From NCBI GenBank assembly GCA_963702475.1, contig CAVPCT010000003.1, positions 192,001 to 256,000 of the forward strand: a DNA stretch of 64,000 nt, in the 5' to 3' direction. This document shows positions 52,416 through 61,659 of this stretch, piece after piece (position 1 is the stretch's first letter; each line of letters starts with the position of its first letter). Made by a program: the position numbers and the translations under genes. The notes under the pieces were generated by a model that saw nothing but the letters and a program-made list of their open reading frames with translations, was not told the DNA's origin and did no database searches. The stretch comes from an uncultured Thermoleophilia bacterium (GTDB taxonomy: Bacteria > Actinomycetota > Thermoleophilia > UBA2241).

Positions 52416-52693
52416 CCCTGAGCGGCCAGCGCCGTCGTGATCATCGAGCTGACCTCGGACTGCGACGGCACCTTGCCGCTCATCACGACCTCGCCGTCGA
52501 TGACGAGGGCGGGCGTGGACATCACGCCGTAGGCCATGATCGTGGGGAAGTCCTCGACTTTGACGAGCTCGGCGTCGGCCATGCCGAGGTCGCGCAGGGC
52601 CGCCTCGGTGATCGCCATCAGCTTCTGGCAGTTGGCGCAGCCTGAGCCAAGGATCTCGAGCTCACGTGCAACTCTCCTTCTTGTAGTGGTCAT
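52412..52693 (-). CDS. Small redox-active disulfide protein (MTH895-like thioredoxin)
   Basis: ILGSGCANC..YGVMSTPALVIDG..GKVP. Confidence 0.9.
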   Translation of the reverse strand: MTTTRRRVARELEILGSGCANCQKLMAITEAALRDLGMADAELVKVEDFPTIMAYGVMSTPALVIDGEVVMSGKVPSQSEVSSMITTALAAQG

Positions 52694-53076
52694 GACGCGT
52701 TGCGTCGCGCCGGCTTGTTCGCCGCCGTCGCGCAGGCGCTGGCGGCTTGCTGGGGGTCGCCGGGGCAGTCGCGCAGGCGCTGTACGTAGTCGAGGAAGCC
52801 CTTGAGGTCGCCGTCGAAGCGCTCCCAGTCGATGGAGTAGTAGGTGCGCGTGCCCTCGTTGCGCATACGCAGCAGGCCGGCATCGCGCAGAAGTGCGAGG
52901 TGGTGCGAGACCAGCGGCTGGCTTTGATCGAGCGGCCCCGTCATCTCGCAGACGCAGCGCTCGCCGCCCAGCAGGAACTCGACGATCTGCGCGCGTATGG
53001 GGTTGCAGAACGACTTGAAGAACGGGACGAAGTCGACGATGCTGCCGGCCTCTGCGGGGTCTTTGGCGATCTTCAT
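52690..53076 (-). CDS. arsR: ArsR/SmtB-family regulator
   Basis: NPIR..ERCVCE..SQPLVSHHLALLRDAGL; extra C-terminal cysteines. Confidence 0.9.
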   Translation of the reverse strand: MKIAKDPAEAGSIVDFVPFFKSFCNPIRAQIVEFLLGGERCVCEMTGPLDQSQPLVSHHLALLRDAGLLRMRNEGTRTYYSIDWERFDGDLKGFLDYVQRLRDCPGDPQQAASACATAANKPARRNAS

Positions 53077-53077
53077 A

Positions 53078-54193
53078 TCAGCTCCTCGGTGGGTCGCAGG
53101 CGACCTCGTTGGCACCGGCGGCGACCGCCGCCGGCACAGGTTCGTCGGTCATGCCCCAGTACTTGCTGCCGAGCCAGAGCGCCACGCTCACAAGGCCGAT
53201 GAGCACCGGCACCTCGACGAGCGGGCCGATGACGCTCGCGAACGCCTCGCCTGAGTTGAGGCCGAAGACGGCGATGCTGACCGCGATCGCGAGCTCGAAG
53301 TTGTTGCTCGCGGCGGTGAAGCACAGGGTCGCCGTCTTCGAGTAGTCGGCGCCGATGCGACGGCCCATGAAGAAGCTCACGAAGAACATGATCACGAAGT
53401 ACAGGGACAGCGGGATGGCGATGAGGAGCACGTCCAGGGGCAGCTCGACGATGAGGTCGCCCTTGAGGCTGAACATCACGAAGATCGTGAACAGCAGGGC
53501 GATCAGCGTGAGCGGGCTGATCCGCGGGATGAACTTGTGCTCGTACCAGTCGCGGCCCTTGGTCTTGAGCCCGATGTAGCGGCTGACCATGCCGGCGATG
53601 AACGGGATGCCGAGGTAGATGAAGACGCTCTTGGCGATCTGCCCGATGGTGATGTCGACGGCCACGCCCTCGAGGCCGAAGAGCGGCGGCAGCTTGGTCA
53701 CGAACACCCAGGCGAACACGCTGTAGAAGAGCACCTGGAAGACGCTGTTGAAGGCCACGAGGCCGGCGGCGTACTCGGTGTCGCCCTTGGCCAGCTGGTT
53801 CCAGACGATCACCATGGCGATGCAGCGCGCCAGGCCCATCATGATGAGCCCGACCATGTACTCGGGGTAGTTGTGCAGGAAGATGATCGCCAGGAAGAAC
53901 ATCACGAACGGCCCGATGAGCCAGTTCTGGACGAGCGAGAGGCCGAGTATCTTGTAGTCGCGGAAGACGTCCCCGAGCTCCTCGTAGCGCACCTTGGCGA
54001 GCGGCGGATACATCATCACGATGAGGCCGATGGCGATGGGGATGTTGGTGGTGCCCACCGTCCAGCGGTCGATGAACTCGGGCACGGAGACGAACGCCCA
54101 GCCGACGCCGACGCCGATGAACATCGCGAGGAAGATCCACAGCGTCAGGTAGCGGTCGAGGAACGAGAGGCGCGTTGTCGCGGTTTCGGCCAT
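53078..54193 (-). CDS. acr3: ACR3-family arsenite efflux transporter
   Basis: [49 protein letters not shown]. Confidence 0.96.
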   Translation of the reverse strand: MAETATTRLSFLDRYLTLWIFLAMFIGVGVGWAFVSVPEFIDRWTVGTTNIPIAIGLIVMMYPPLAKVRYEELGDVFRDYKILGLSLVQNWLIGPFVMFFLAIIFLHNYPEYMVGLIMMGLARCIAMVIVWNQLAKGDTEYAAGLVAFNSVFQVLFYSVFAWVFVTKLPPLFGLEGVAVDITIGQIAKSVFIYLGIPFIAGMVSRYIGLKTKGRDWYEHKFIPRISPLTLIALLFTIFVMFSLKGDLIVELPLDVLLIAIPLSLYFVIMFFVSFFMGRRIGADYSKTATLCFTAASNNFELAIAVSIAVFGLNSGEAFASVIGPLVEVPVLIGLVSVALWLGSKYWGMTDEPVPAAVAAGANEVACDPPRS

Positions 54194-54249
54194 TGGCTGA
54201 CTCCTCCTCGAAGCGTGTGCATGTCCTGGGTGCCTGACCACGAGGCTAC

Positions 54250-54282
54250 ATTGACATCCGTTGATGGTCAAGCTAAGTTGAT
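54250..54282 (+). promoter_or_regulatory. sigma70-like promoter overlapped by two ArsR-type boxes (acr3/arsD divergent region)
   Basis: TTGACA-17 bp-TAAGTT; ATTGA-N6-TTGAT and GTCAA-N6-TTGAT. Confidence 0.7.
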
Positions 54283-54317
54283 ATAAACGTTTCCCTATGA
54301 AATCCCAGGAGGTCGTC

Positions 54318-54946
54318 GTGACGCTCGTGCAAGTGTTCGACCCTGCCATGTGCTGCTCGACCGGGGTCTGCGGACCTTCGGTCGACCCGCAGCTCGTGCG
54401 CTTCGCCGCCGACCTCGACTGGCTGAAGGGCCAGGGGGTCTCGGTCGAGCGCTTCAACCTCGCCCAGGAGCCGCGCGCGTTCGCCGAGAACGCCGCCGTC
54501 AAGGACGCCCTCGAGGTCACGGGCGAGGCCGCACTGCCGCTCGTGGAGGTGGACGGCGAGGTCAAGAGCCGCGGCGTGTACCCGTCGCGCGACGAGCTCG
54601 CCCTGTGGGCCGGCGTCGCAGCGCCCGCCGCGAGCCTCTTCACCGACGAGGTCGCCGAGCTGGTGGCCATCGGCGCCGCCATCGCGTCCAACTGCGAGCC
54701 CTGCTTCAAGTTCCACTATGCGGCGGCGCGCAAGCTCGGCGTGTCGCGAGAGGACATGGCCTCCGCCGTCACCATGGCTCAGCGCGTCAAGGACACGCCT
54801 GCCCAGTCGATCCTCATGCTCGCCGACCGCATCCTCAAGCCCGGAGCCGAGGGCGACGAGGCCGATGGCCGAAGCGCCGCAGGCGGCGGCCAGGCTCCTG
54901 CTGTGGCGGAGCACCGACAGAGGCCAAGGCCGGCGGATGCTGCTAG
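54318..54946 (+). CDS. arsD: ArsD metallochaperone fused to an AhpD/carboxymuconolactone decarboxylase-like domain (frameshift near 54885)
   Basis: [22 protein letters not shown], then [20 protein letters not shown]; tail GSCC..GGCC in a shifted frame. Confidence 0.88.
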
Positions 54947-54962
54947 CAGCCAGGGCAACACG

Positions 54963-56706
54963 ATGATCGACCGATCCCACGCCGATCCTCTTCTTCACCG
55001 GCAAGGGCGGCGCCGGCAAGACGACGACCGCCTGCGCCACCGCCATCGCCCTCGCCGACGCCGGCAGTCGCGTGCTCCTGGTCAGCACCGACCCGGCCTC
55101 GAACCTCGACGAGGTGCTCGGTGTCGAGCTCTCCGGGGCGCCGGAAGGCGTCCCGTTCGTGCCGCGCTTGTCGGCCCTCAACATCGATCCGGAGGCGGCC
55201 GCCCGCGACTACCGCGAGCGCGTCGTCGGCCCCTATCGCGGCGTACTGCCGGAGGCTGCGGTGGCGAGCATCGAGGAGCAGCTCTCCGGAGCCTGCACGA
55301 TGGAGATCGCCGCGTTCGATGAGTTCTCCAAGCTGCTCGGGGACGAGGCCGCGACGGAGGCGTTCGACTACGTGGTCTTCGACGCCGCGCCGACCGGGCA
55401 CACGCTGCGCCTGCTGGAGCTGCCGGCGGCATGGTCCGACTTCATCGAGACGAACGTGGGCGGCACATCGTGTCTGGGTCCGCTCGCCGGGCTGGAGGCG
55501 CAGAAGGAGCTCTACGCCGCCACCAACGCCGCGCTGCGCGACGCGGCGAGGACGACCCTCGTCCTGGTGGCTCGACCGGAGGCTTCCTCACTGCGTGAAG
55601 CCGAGCGCACCCGCGGTGAACTGGCGCAGCTCGGAATCGGCAATGTCCGGCTGATCGTCAACGGGGTGTTTCGGGCCACTGACCCAGGCGATGCGACGGC
55701 GCTCGCGATGCAAGCTCGCGGCGAGGCAGCGCTCGAGGGCATGCCCGGGGCCCTTCGCGGACTTGAGCGCGTCGGAGGTCCCGCTCCTCCCTACGGCCTC
55801 GTCGGCGTCGATGCGCTGAGGAGCATGAGCGGTCGCGCTCCCTTCGACGTGGCCGCGGACGCGGCCGACTCGGATGGCTTTGCGGCCGGCGGCCTCGCGG
55901 ACCTCGTTGGAGCAGATCGCTGCTCAGGGCAAAGGCGTGGTCATGACGATGGGCAAGGGCGGCGTGGGCAAGACGACCGTCGCGGCTCGCATCGCGACGA
56001 TGCTCGCCCAGCGGGGGTTTGGCGTCACGCTGACGACGACTGATCCGGCGGCGCACGTCGAAGCGGCCCTCGGCGAGAGGCCGGAGACGCTCCGCGTGAC
56101 GCGCATCGATCCCGCTCTCGAGACGCAGCGCTACACCGAAGAGGTGGTCGCCACCGCGGGCGAAGGCCTCGACGCCCAAGGGCCTTGCGCTCCTCGAAGA
56201 GGACCTGCGCTCGCCGTGCACCGAGGAGATCGCGGTGTTCCGGGCCTTCGCCGAGACGGTCGCGCAGGGCAGGGAGCAGTTCGTCGTCATCGACACGGCG
56301 CCGACCGGCCACACGCTGCTCCTGCTCGACGCTGCCGAGGCGTACCACCGCGAGGTGCTGCGCAAGTCCAGCGGCAGCCCGGAGGCGGTCCAGCACCTGC
56401 TGCCGCGCCTGCGAGACCCGTCCTTCACGAGCGTGGTCCTGGTCACGCTTCCGGAGGCCACCCCGATCCACGAGGCGATGCAGCTCGAGCGCGGACCTGG
56501 CCCGCGCCGGCATCAAGCCCTTCTCCTGGGTCGTGAATCAGAGCCTGACGCCACTCGAGGTCAGTGACCCGGTCCTGGTCTCGAGGCGTTCCCACGAGGG
56601 CACTCATCTGCGCGAGCTTGTGGCTCACGCCGAGCGCATCGTCCTGGAGCCTTGGGCATCCCCGACCTCGCGACGTAGTACGGCAGAGGCCGCGACCCCG
56701 CTCTGA
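54963..56706 (+). CDS. arsA: Arsenical pump-driving ATPase (several frameshifts)
   Basis: FTGKGGAGKTT, STDPASNL, EQLSGACT, APTGHTLRLL, MGKGGVGKTT, DLRSPCTEE, DTAPTGH. Confidence 0.92.
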
Positions 56707-56753
56707 GCGGGCCTGGCTGTCACCCCCACGTTGACCCCTGAGAGGTAGACCCC

Positions 56754-57515
56754 GTGAAGACCATCCAGATCGAGCAGCCGTTCGCCGTCTTCTCCGACGT
56801 GCACGGCAACCTGCCCGGACTCGAGGCGATCCTCGCCGATATCGCGCGGCGCGAGGTGCCGGCGACCATCTCGCCTCGGCGACCTGGTCGGCTACGGACC
56901 CTCCCCGAACGAGGTCGCCCTGCTTGTCCGCGACCGCGGCATCCCCTCGCTGATGGGCAACTACGACCAAGGGCATCGGCTTCGAACTCGGCGACTGCGG
57001 CTGCGTCTACAAGACCGACGAGCAGCGCGCCGAAGGAGCCGCCTCGCTCGCCTGGACGCAGGAGGCGGTGACCGACGAGGTCAAGGCGTATCTGCGCACG
57101 CTCGAGGACCACTTCACGCTCGAGACGTCGGCGCGGCGAACTGCTCGCCGTGCACGGCAGCCCGCGGCGCATCAACGAGTACCTCTTCGAGGACCGGCCG
57201 GAGTACGCCATGGTGCGCATGGCCGACGAGTATCCCTACCCGGCGATCTTCTTCGGCCACACGCACGTGCCCTACGCGCGGCTGGTGGGCGAGACGACCT
57301 TCGTGAACGTTGGCAGCGGCGGCCGGCCCAAGGACGGCGACTGGCGCGTGTGCTACGCGTCGTCGATCCCGCACGGCTGGGACGCCCGGCTTCGTCGAGT
57401 TCGTGCGCGTGCCCTACGACTACGAGAGGTTGAGCGGGAGCTGGCCGCGACGCCGTTGATCACGAGCTTCGCGGGTCCGCCACCCGCGGTCGAAGGGGTG
57501 ACCGGTCATGAGTGA
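56754..57515 (+). CDS. Metallophosphoesterase (frameshifted)
   Basis: SDVHGN, GDLVGYGP, GNYD, HGSP, GHTH, NVGS.G.PKDGD. Confidence 0.85.
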
Positions 57516-57954
57516 GCACGCCCTCGAGGGTGAGCACGTCCAGGGAGCATCCACTCTGGCAGAAGGAGGACAGCAGATGGAGGCGCAGCGCCCCGGGCTT
57601 GTCATGTGCGTCTGCACCGGCAAGTGCCCCGGTTTCGAGCAGCTGGACATCTGGGACTTCATCAACCAGGTGCGGGTGGAGCTGCCGGTCGAGTTCGGGA
57701 TGATCCATCCGCAGCTGTGCGAGGAGGACGGCGACCGCTTTCTGGCCGACCTCCTTCTCGCCGGGCGCCCGCTGGTCATCGCGGGATGCGCCCCGAACAT
57801 GCAGTACAAGCTGTTCCGCGATGCTTTTGCCGAGCGAGGCATGGACATCAAGAAGGACATGGTCCCACTCGACATCCGTGACATGCCGACCGACCAGGCA
57901 GTGAAGAAGGTCGCCGACGCGCTGCACAGCATGGGGGTCGAGGGCGATGTCTGA
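57508..57954 (+). CDS. Stand-alone HdrA N-terminal-like Cys domain protein
   Basis: VMCVCTGKCP..HPQLC..VIAGCAP..DIR pattern of the HdrA N-domain. Confidence 0.7.
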   Translation: MSEHALEGEHVQGASTLAEGGQQMEAQRPGLVMCVCTGKCPGFEQLDIWDFINQVRVELPVEFGMIHPQLCEEDGDRFLADLLLAGRPLVIAGCAPNMQYKLFRDAFAERGMDIKKDMVPLDIRDMPTDQAVKKVADALHSMGVEGDV

Positions 57955-58237
57955 GAACACGTTCATGGGAGTGGCGCGGGAGAGCATCCCCTGGGCGCCC
58001 CTCATCGACTACGAGAAGTGCGACTTCTGCATGGAGTGCGACGAGTTCTGTCCCCACCGGGTCTTTGAGCGCCGGGAAGGCGACGTCAAGCTGGTGGTCG
58101 CCAATCCGAACAACTGCGTGGTGTTCTGCCGCGCCTGCTCGAAGACCTGTGGCCCCGATGCCATCACGTTCCCCGACAAGCCCGAGACGATCAAGCTGAT
58201 CAAGGAGCTGCGCAAGGCGGAAGGCGGGCCGACATGA
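57947..58237 (+). CDS. 2x[4Fe-4S] ferredoxin
   Basis: CDFCMECDEFCP and CVVFCRACSKTC. Confidence 0.9.
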   Translation: MSENTFMGVARESIPWAPLIDYEKCDFCMECDEFCPHRVFERREGDVKLVVANPNNCVVFCRACSKTCGPDAITFPDKPETIKLIKELRKAEGGPT

Positions 58238-59079
58238 GCTACGCCGTCCTTGCCTGCAACGGCGTGGACAAGATGGAGGGTGCGCTGGCGCGGGAGGTGG
58301 GGCTTCAGGTCGCTGAGGCGACGGGGGCAGACATCATCTGTCCGGTCCTCCTCAATCGCGCCCCGGACCACTACGAGAAAGCGCTCGGCGAGGACGCCCT
58401 GATCGTCGTCGACGGCTGTGGCACGAGGTGTGCCTCGAAGCTCGCCGCCGCGGTGGGGGCCAAGCCGAAGCAGAAGGTCCTCGTCTCGAAGCTCGTGAAG
58501 GCGTCCGGAGAGCATCTCCAGGCTTCACTGCGCCTCGGGCCCGACGGGACGGCGCTCGCCGAGCGCATCGTGGCGGACGTCGTCGCAGCCTTGGACGCAT
58601 CGGGACACCAGGCGACGCCGGCTGCATGGGAGGCGCCGACAGACTTCTTCGTCGTCGTCTTCAACAAGTTCGAATTCCACATCCCCACACAGGGTTACTG
58701 GTTCAGCGAGAACGACACCTGGGCCCGCCAGATGGGGAACCGGGCACGAGTCGGCATCTCCGACTACCTGCAGCAGCAACTCACCGACATCCTGTACTTC
58801 AACCCGCCGGAGCTCGGGACGCTGGTGGAGCAGTTCGGGGAGCTGGGGGAGGTCGAATCGTCGAAGGCGATCTTCGAGATCATCGCGCCGGTGAGCGGCA
58901 CTGTCGTGGCGGTCAATGAGACGGTGGTGGGAGAGAGCCCTGAGCTCGTCAATGCGGATCCCTACGGCGAAGGGTGGCTCGTCGAGGTCGAGTTGAGCGC
59001 CTGGGCGGAGGAGAGCGAGCTGCTCCTGGACGGGCCCGCCTACCGCGACACAGTCGGACCCAAGGCTGCGGACTATTGA
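58234..59079 (+). CDS. DGC (putative Zn-binding) domain fused to a GcvH-like lipoyl-carrier domain
   Basis: LACNG..ICP..VDGCGTRCA; W......ARVGISDY.Q..L.DI..VESSKA..APVSG.V..VN..VNADPYGEGWL. Confidence 0.88.
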   Translation: MSYAVLACNGVDKMEGALAREVGLQVAEATGADIICPVLLNRAPDHYEKALGEDALIVVDGCGTRCASKLAAAVGAKPKQKVLVSKLVKASGEHLQASLRLGPDGTALAERIVADVVAALDASGHQATPAAWEAPTDFFVVVFNKFEFHIPTQGYWFSENDTWARQMGNRARVGISDYLQQQLTDILYFNPPELGTLVEQFGELGEVESSKAIFEIIAPVSGTVVAVNETVVGESPELVNADPYGEGWLVEVELSAWAEESELLLDGPAYRDTVGPKAADY

Positions 59080-59101
59080 CGGGTTGAGAGAGGTCGGTCA
59101 T

Positions 59102-59530
59102 ATGGAAAGCGAAGCAGGCAAGAACCCCGTTCTCGTCATACCGTGCAGCGGGATCGGCAAGGTGCAGGGCCTCCTCAGCAGGGAGGCGACCTACCTTGCG
59201 ACGGACGAAGTGGCCACGGGCGTGACCGACACGCTGTGTCTGGCCTTGCTGGTCAAGGGCGATGCGGACGCGGTGGCCAGGGTCCGGACGCACGAGTGCA
59301 TCACCATCGACGGTTGCGCAAAGGCCTGTGCCAGGAAGAACACGGAGATCGCCGGCGGACGGGTCGCCAAGGCGGTGCAGGTCGCGGCCGCGCTGAAGAA
59401 CCACCGCGGGGTGCAGCCGGGCACGTCAGAGATCCTGACGGTCGACGGCTGGTCCGTCGCCCGGGAGATCGCCGAAACGGTCGCCGTCGATGCCGAACGT
59501 CTGCAGGCCGGCGACGAGGTGGCCCCATGA
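59102..59530 (+). CDS. DGC-domain protein
   Basis: IPCSG..LCL..IDGCAKACA. Confidence 0.85.
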   Translation: MESEAGKNPVLVIPCSGIGKVQGLLSREATYLATDEVATGVTDTLCLALLVKGDADAVARVRTHECITIDGCAKACARKNTEIAGGRVAKAVQVAAALKNHRGVQPGTSEILTVDGWSVAREIAETVAVDAERLQAGDEVAP

Positions 59531-59979
59531 GTGACCCGGCGAGCGCCGACACCATCAAGGTCGGCATCATCTCCTGCAGTGGTGAGGAGATCCCCGAGGG
59601 CACCATCTCGCGCCTCGCGACGCTCCGCGTCCTTCGGACGCTGCGCCCAGAGGCGAGCGTGACGATCTGCCTGCCCCTGTTCCTCGCCGGAGAGGGAGGC
59701 GAGCGCAACTTCGCCAAGACCCACCCGACGATCACCGTCGATGGCTGCGATAAGCAGTGCGCCAGGTGGGGCACCGAGAAGTACAGCGGGCCGGTGGCCC
59801 GCGCGCTGGTGGTCTCGGACATGCTGGGGACCGACTCTGCCGACTGTCAACGATCGACGCGATCGCCCGGCCACGCGGACGAGGAGGCCGTGCGCGTCGT
59901 CTCCGAGAAGATCGTGTGCGCCCTCGACGAGGTCCTCCAGGAGCAGGGCACGGCATCACGCGGTGGGGACGACGGATAA
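59527..59979 (+). CDS. DGC-domain protein
   Basis: ISCSG..ICLP..VDGCDKQCA. Confidence 0.85.
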   Translation: MSDPASADTIKVGIISCSGEEIPEGTISRLATLRVLRTLRPEASVTICLPLFLAGEGGERNFAKTHPTITVDGCDKQCARWGTEKYSGPVARALVVSDMLGTDSADCQRSTRSPGHADEEAVRVVSEKIVCALDEVLQEQGTASRGGDDG

Positions 59980-60018
59980 GTCGAAGCGCGATTTGACCGC
60001 GAACGAGGAGCCTCGCGC

Positions 60019-60822
60019 ATGGACACGCTGACCACCTTCACCGACCGCAAGGAGTTCGAGCGGGCGATCGCACTGCTCCGGCGCCTGCGGATCGACCACC
60101 AGGTCGTCTCGCCGGATCCCGCCTACAGTGCCGTGGGCTCTCCCGCTCTGGTGCTCTCTCCCGAAGACAGGGCGGCGTTTCTGGACGGGGGCGGCGTCGA
60201 CCTTGTCAACGCCGGCTGGGTGGACTACCGGCTTCCTCCAGAGGACGTGCCGCAAGCGGAGCCGCGCGAGTTCGTCGAGGACATGGTCGGCAGGGTCGCC
60301 ATCGTCGTGCTCGCGACCTGCATCGCAGACGCGGCCCGGCTGCGCCTCATTGCGCACTTCTCCGGGGACGTGGCGGAGGCCTTGCCGTACCTCAACGGCG
60401 AGTTCCTTCAAGGCTCCTACGTGCCCGCGATGCCCGTCTTCACCTACATGGACGGCCACCGCATGGTCTCGCTGTTCCGCGACCGCATCGGCATCGCCAA
60501 GGCCGACGACATCGTCGACGCCTGGGCGAGCCTGGAGCGCGTCCGCTGCCTCGTCAACGACGTCTGGGCGCGGCGCGCGCAGATCACACCCTCGACGGAG
60601 ACGCGACGCCGGCCACCGGCCCTGGAGATCTACAAGCGTCTGCCGGGCACCAACTGCAAGGACTGCGGCGAAGCCACGTGCATGGCCTTCGCCTGGGCGG
60701 TGTGGCGCGGCGACGCCGAGCCGCGTGAGTGCCTTCCAGTCTTCGTGGGTGAGCGCGCCGATCTCAAGGATGCGCTGCTCGCCATCTGCGCCGGACTCGG
60801 GCTGGCGGAGGACGACACGTGA
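60019..60822 (+). CDS. Fe-S cluster protein with C-terminal RnfB/AcsC-type FeS domain
   Basis: LPYLN core; LPGTNCKDCGEATCMAFA..C.P. Confidence 0.82.
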   Translation: MDTLTTFTDRKEFERAIALLRRLRIDHQVVSPDPAYSAVGSPALVLSPEDRAAFLDGGGVDLVNAGWVDYRLPPEDVPQAEPREFVEDMVGRVAIVVLATCIADAARLRLIAHFSGDVAEALPYLNGEFLQGSYVPAMPVFTYMDGHRMVSLFRDRIGIAKADDIVDAWASLERVRCLVNDVWARRAQITPSTETRRRPPALEIYKRLPGTNCKDCGEATCMAFAWAVWRGDAEPRECLPVFVGERADLKDALLAICAGLGLAEDDT

Positions 60823-60926
60823 TGGCGGTCGCTACCATCACGGTGTCGTCCCCGGTCTTCTGAGCCAGCCGGCAGCGGAGGCCTCCACGATTCATGCACT
60901 TGTGTTTATGAACTGCGGGGTAGATA

Positions 60927-60942
60927 ATCAGCAAATGTTGAT
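60927..60942 (+). promoter_or_regulatory. ArsR-type palindrome upstream of the fmdE operon
   Basis: ATCAG-CAAATG-TTGAT in an AT-rich patch; same form as the 54250-54282 boxes. Confidence 0.62.
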
Positions 60943-61028
60943 GAACTAAGCCGCAGTGTGCGCCTCGAGATGGCGCTGCGAACCGGTCCTCGACCTCGTC
61001 ACGTGAGCGTCTTCCAAGGAGGAGTGTC

Positions 61029-61646
61029 ATGACCACGCCGTACGCGCCGCCCGAGTGGGCCTTCGAGTTTCATGGCCACCGCTGCCCGTTCATGCCGATC
61101 GGGTACCGCATGGGCAGGCTCGCCATGCAGCGCCTCGGCGTCGAACGCGAGAAGGACCACGGCTTCTACGTGGTCGCCGAGCTCGGCGAGGGCCATCCCC
61201 AGACCTGCATGATGGACGGCATCCAGGCAGCCACCGGCGCCACCTACGGCAAGCTGCTGCTCTCACGCACCTTCTGGGGCAAGCTGGCGGCCGTGTTCGC
61301 CCATCCCGAGAAGGGCGCGGTGCGCTACGCGCTCAACGCCGACTTCATGGACGAGATGGGCAAGCACGAGTTCTTCGCCTACCGCAAACGCGGCATCGAG
61401 CCCTCCGAGACACCCGCGGAGATCACCGAGGACCTGGTGGCATGGATCGCCGAGCTGCCCGACCAGACGGTCTTCAAGGTCGAGGACATGCCGGGCTACG
61501 TCTACACGCCGGTGAAGGGCTCGTTCAACAAGACCAGGTGCTCGAGCTGCGGCGAGTACGTCTTCGACCGCTACGTGCGCACCAAGGACGGCGCGCCTGT
61601 CTGCATCCCGTGCTCGGGGTACGAACCCGCGCCGCAGCGGAAGTAG
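61029..61646 (+). CDS. FmdE-family protein with Zn finger
   Basis: FHGHRCP..G, C..DGIQ..GATYGK, CSSCGE..CIPC. Confidence 0.88.
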   Translation: MTTPYAPPEWAFEFHGHRCPFMPIGYRMGRLAMQRLGVEREKDHGFYVVAELGEGHPQTCMMDGIQAATGATYGKLLLSRTFWGKLAAVFAHPEKGAVRYALNADFMDEMGKHEFFAYRKRGIEPSETPAEITEDLVAWIAELPDQTVFKVEDMPGYVYTPVKGSFNKTRCSSCGEYVFDRYVRTKDGAPVCIPCSGYEPAPQRK

Positions 61647-61659
61647 AGGGGAGGCACCG

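Noticed and set aside
57947-58237. hgcB (mercury methylation ferredoxin)
   Set aside because: It has no C-terminal CC tail and no hgcA cap-helix protein is nearby.
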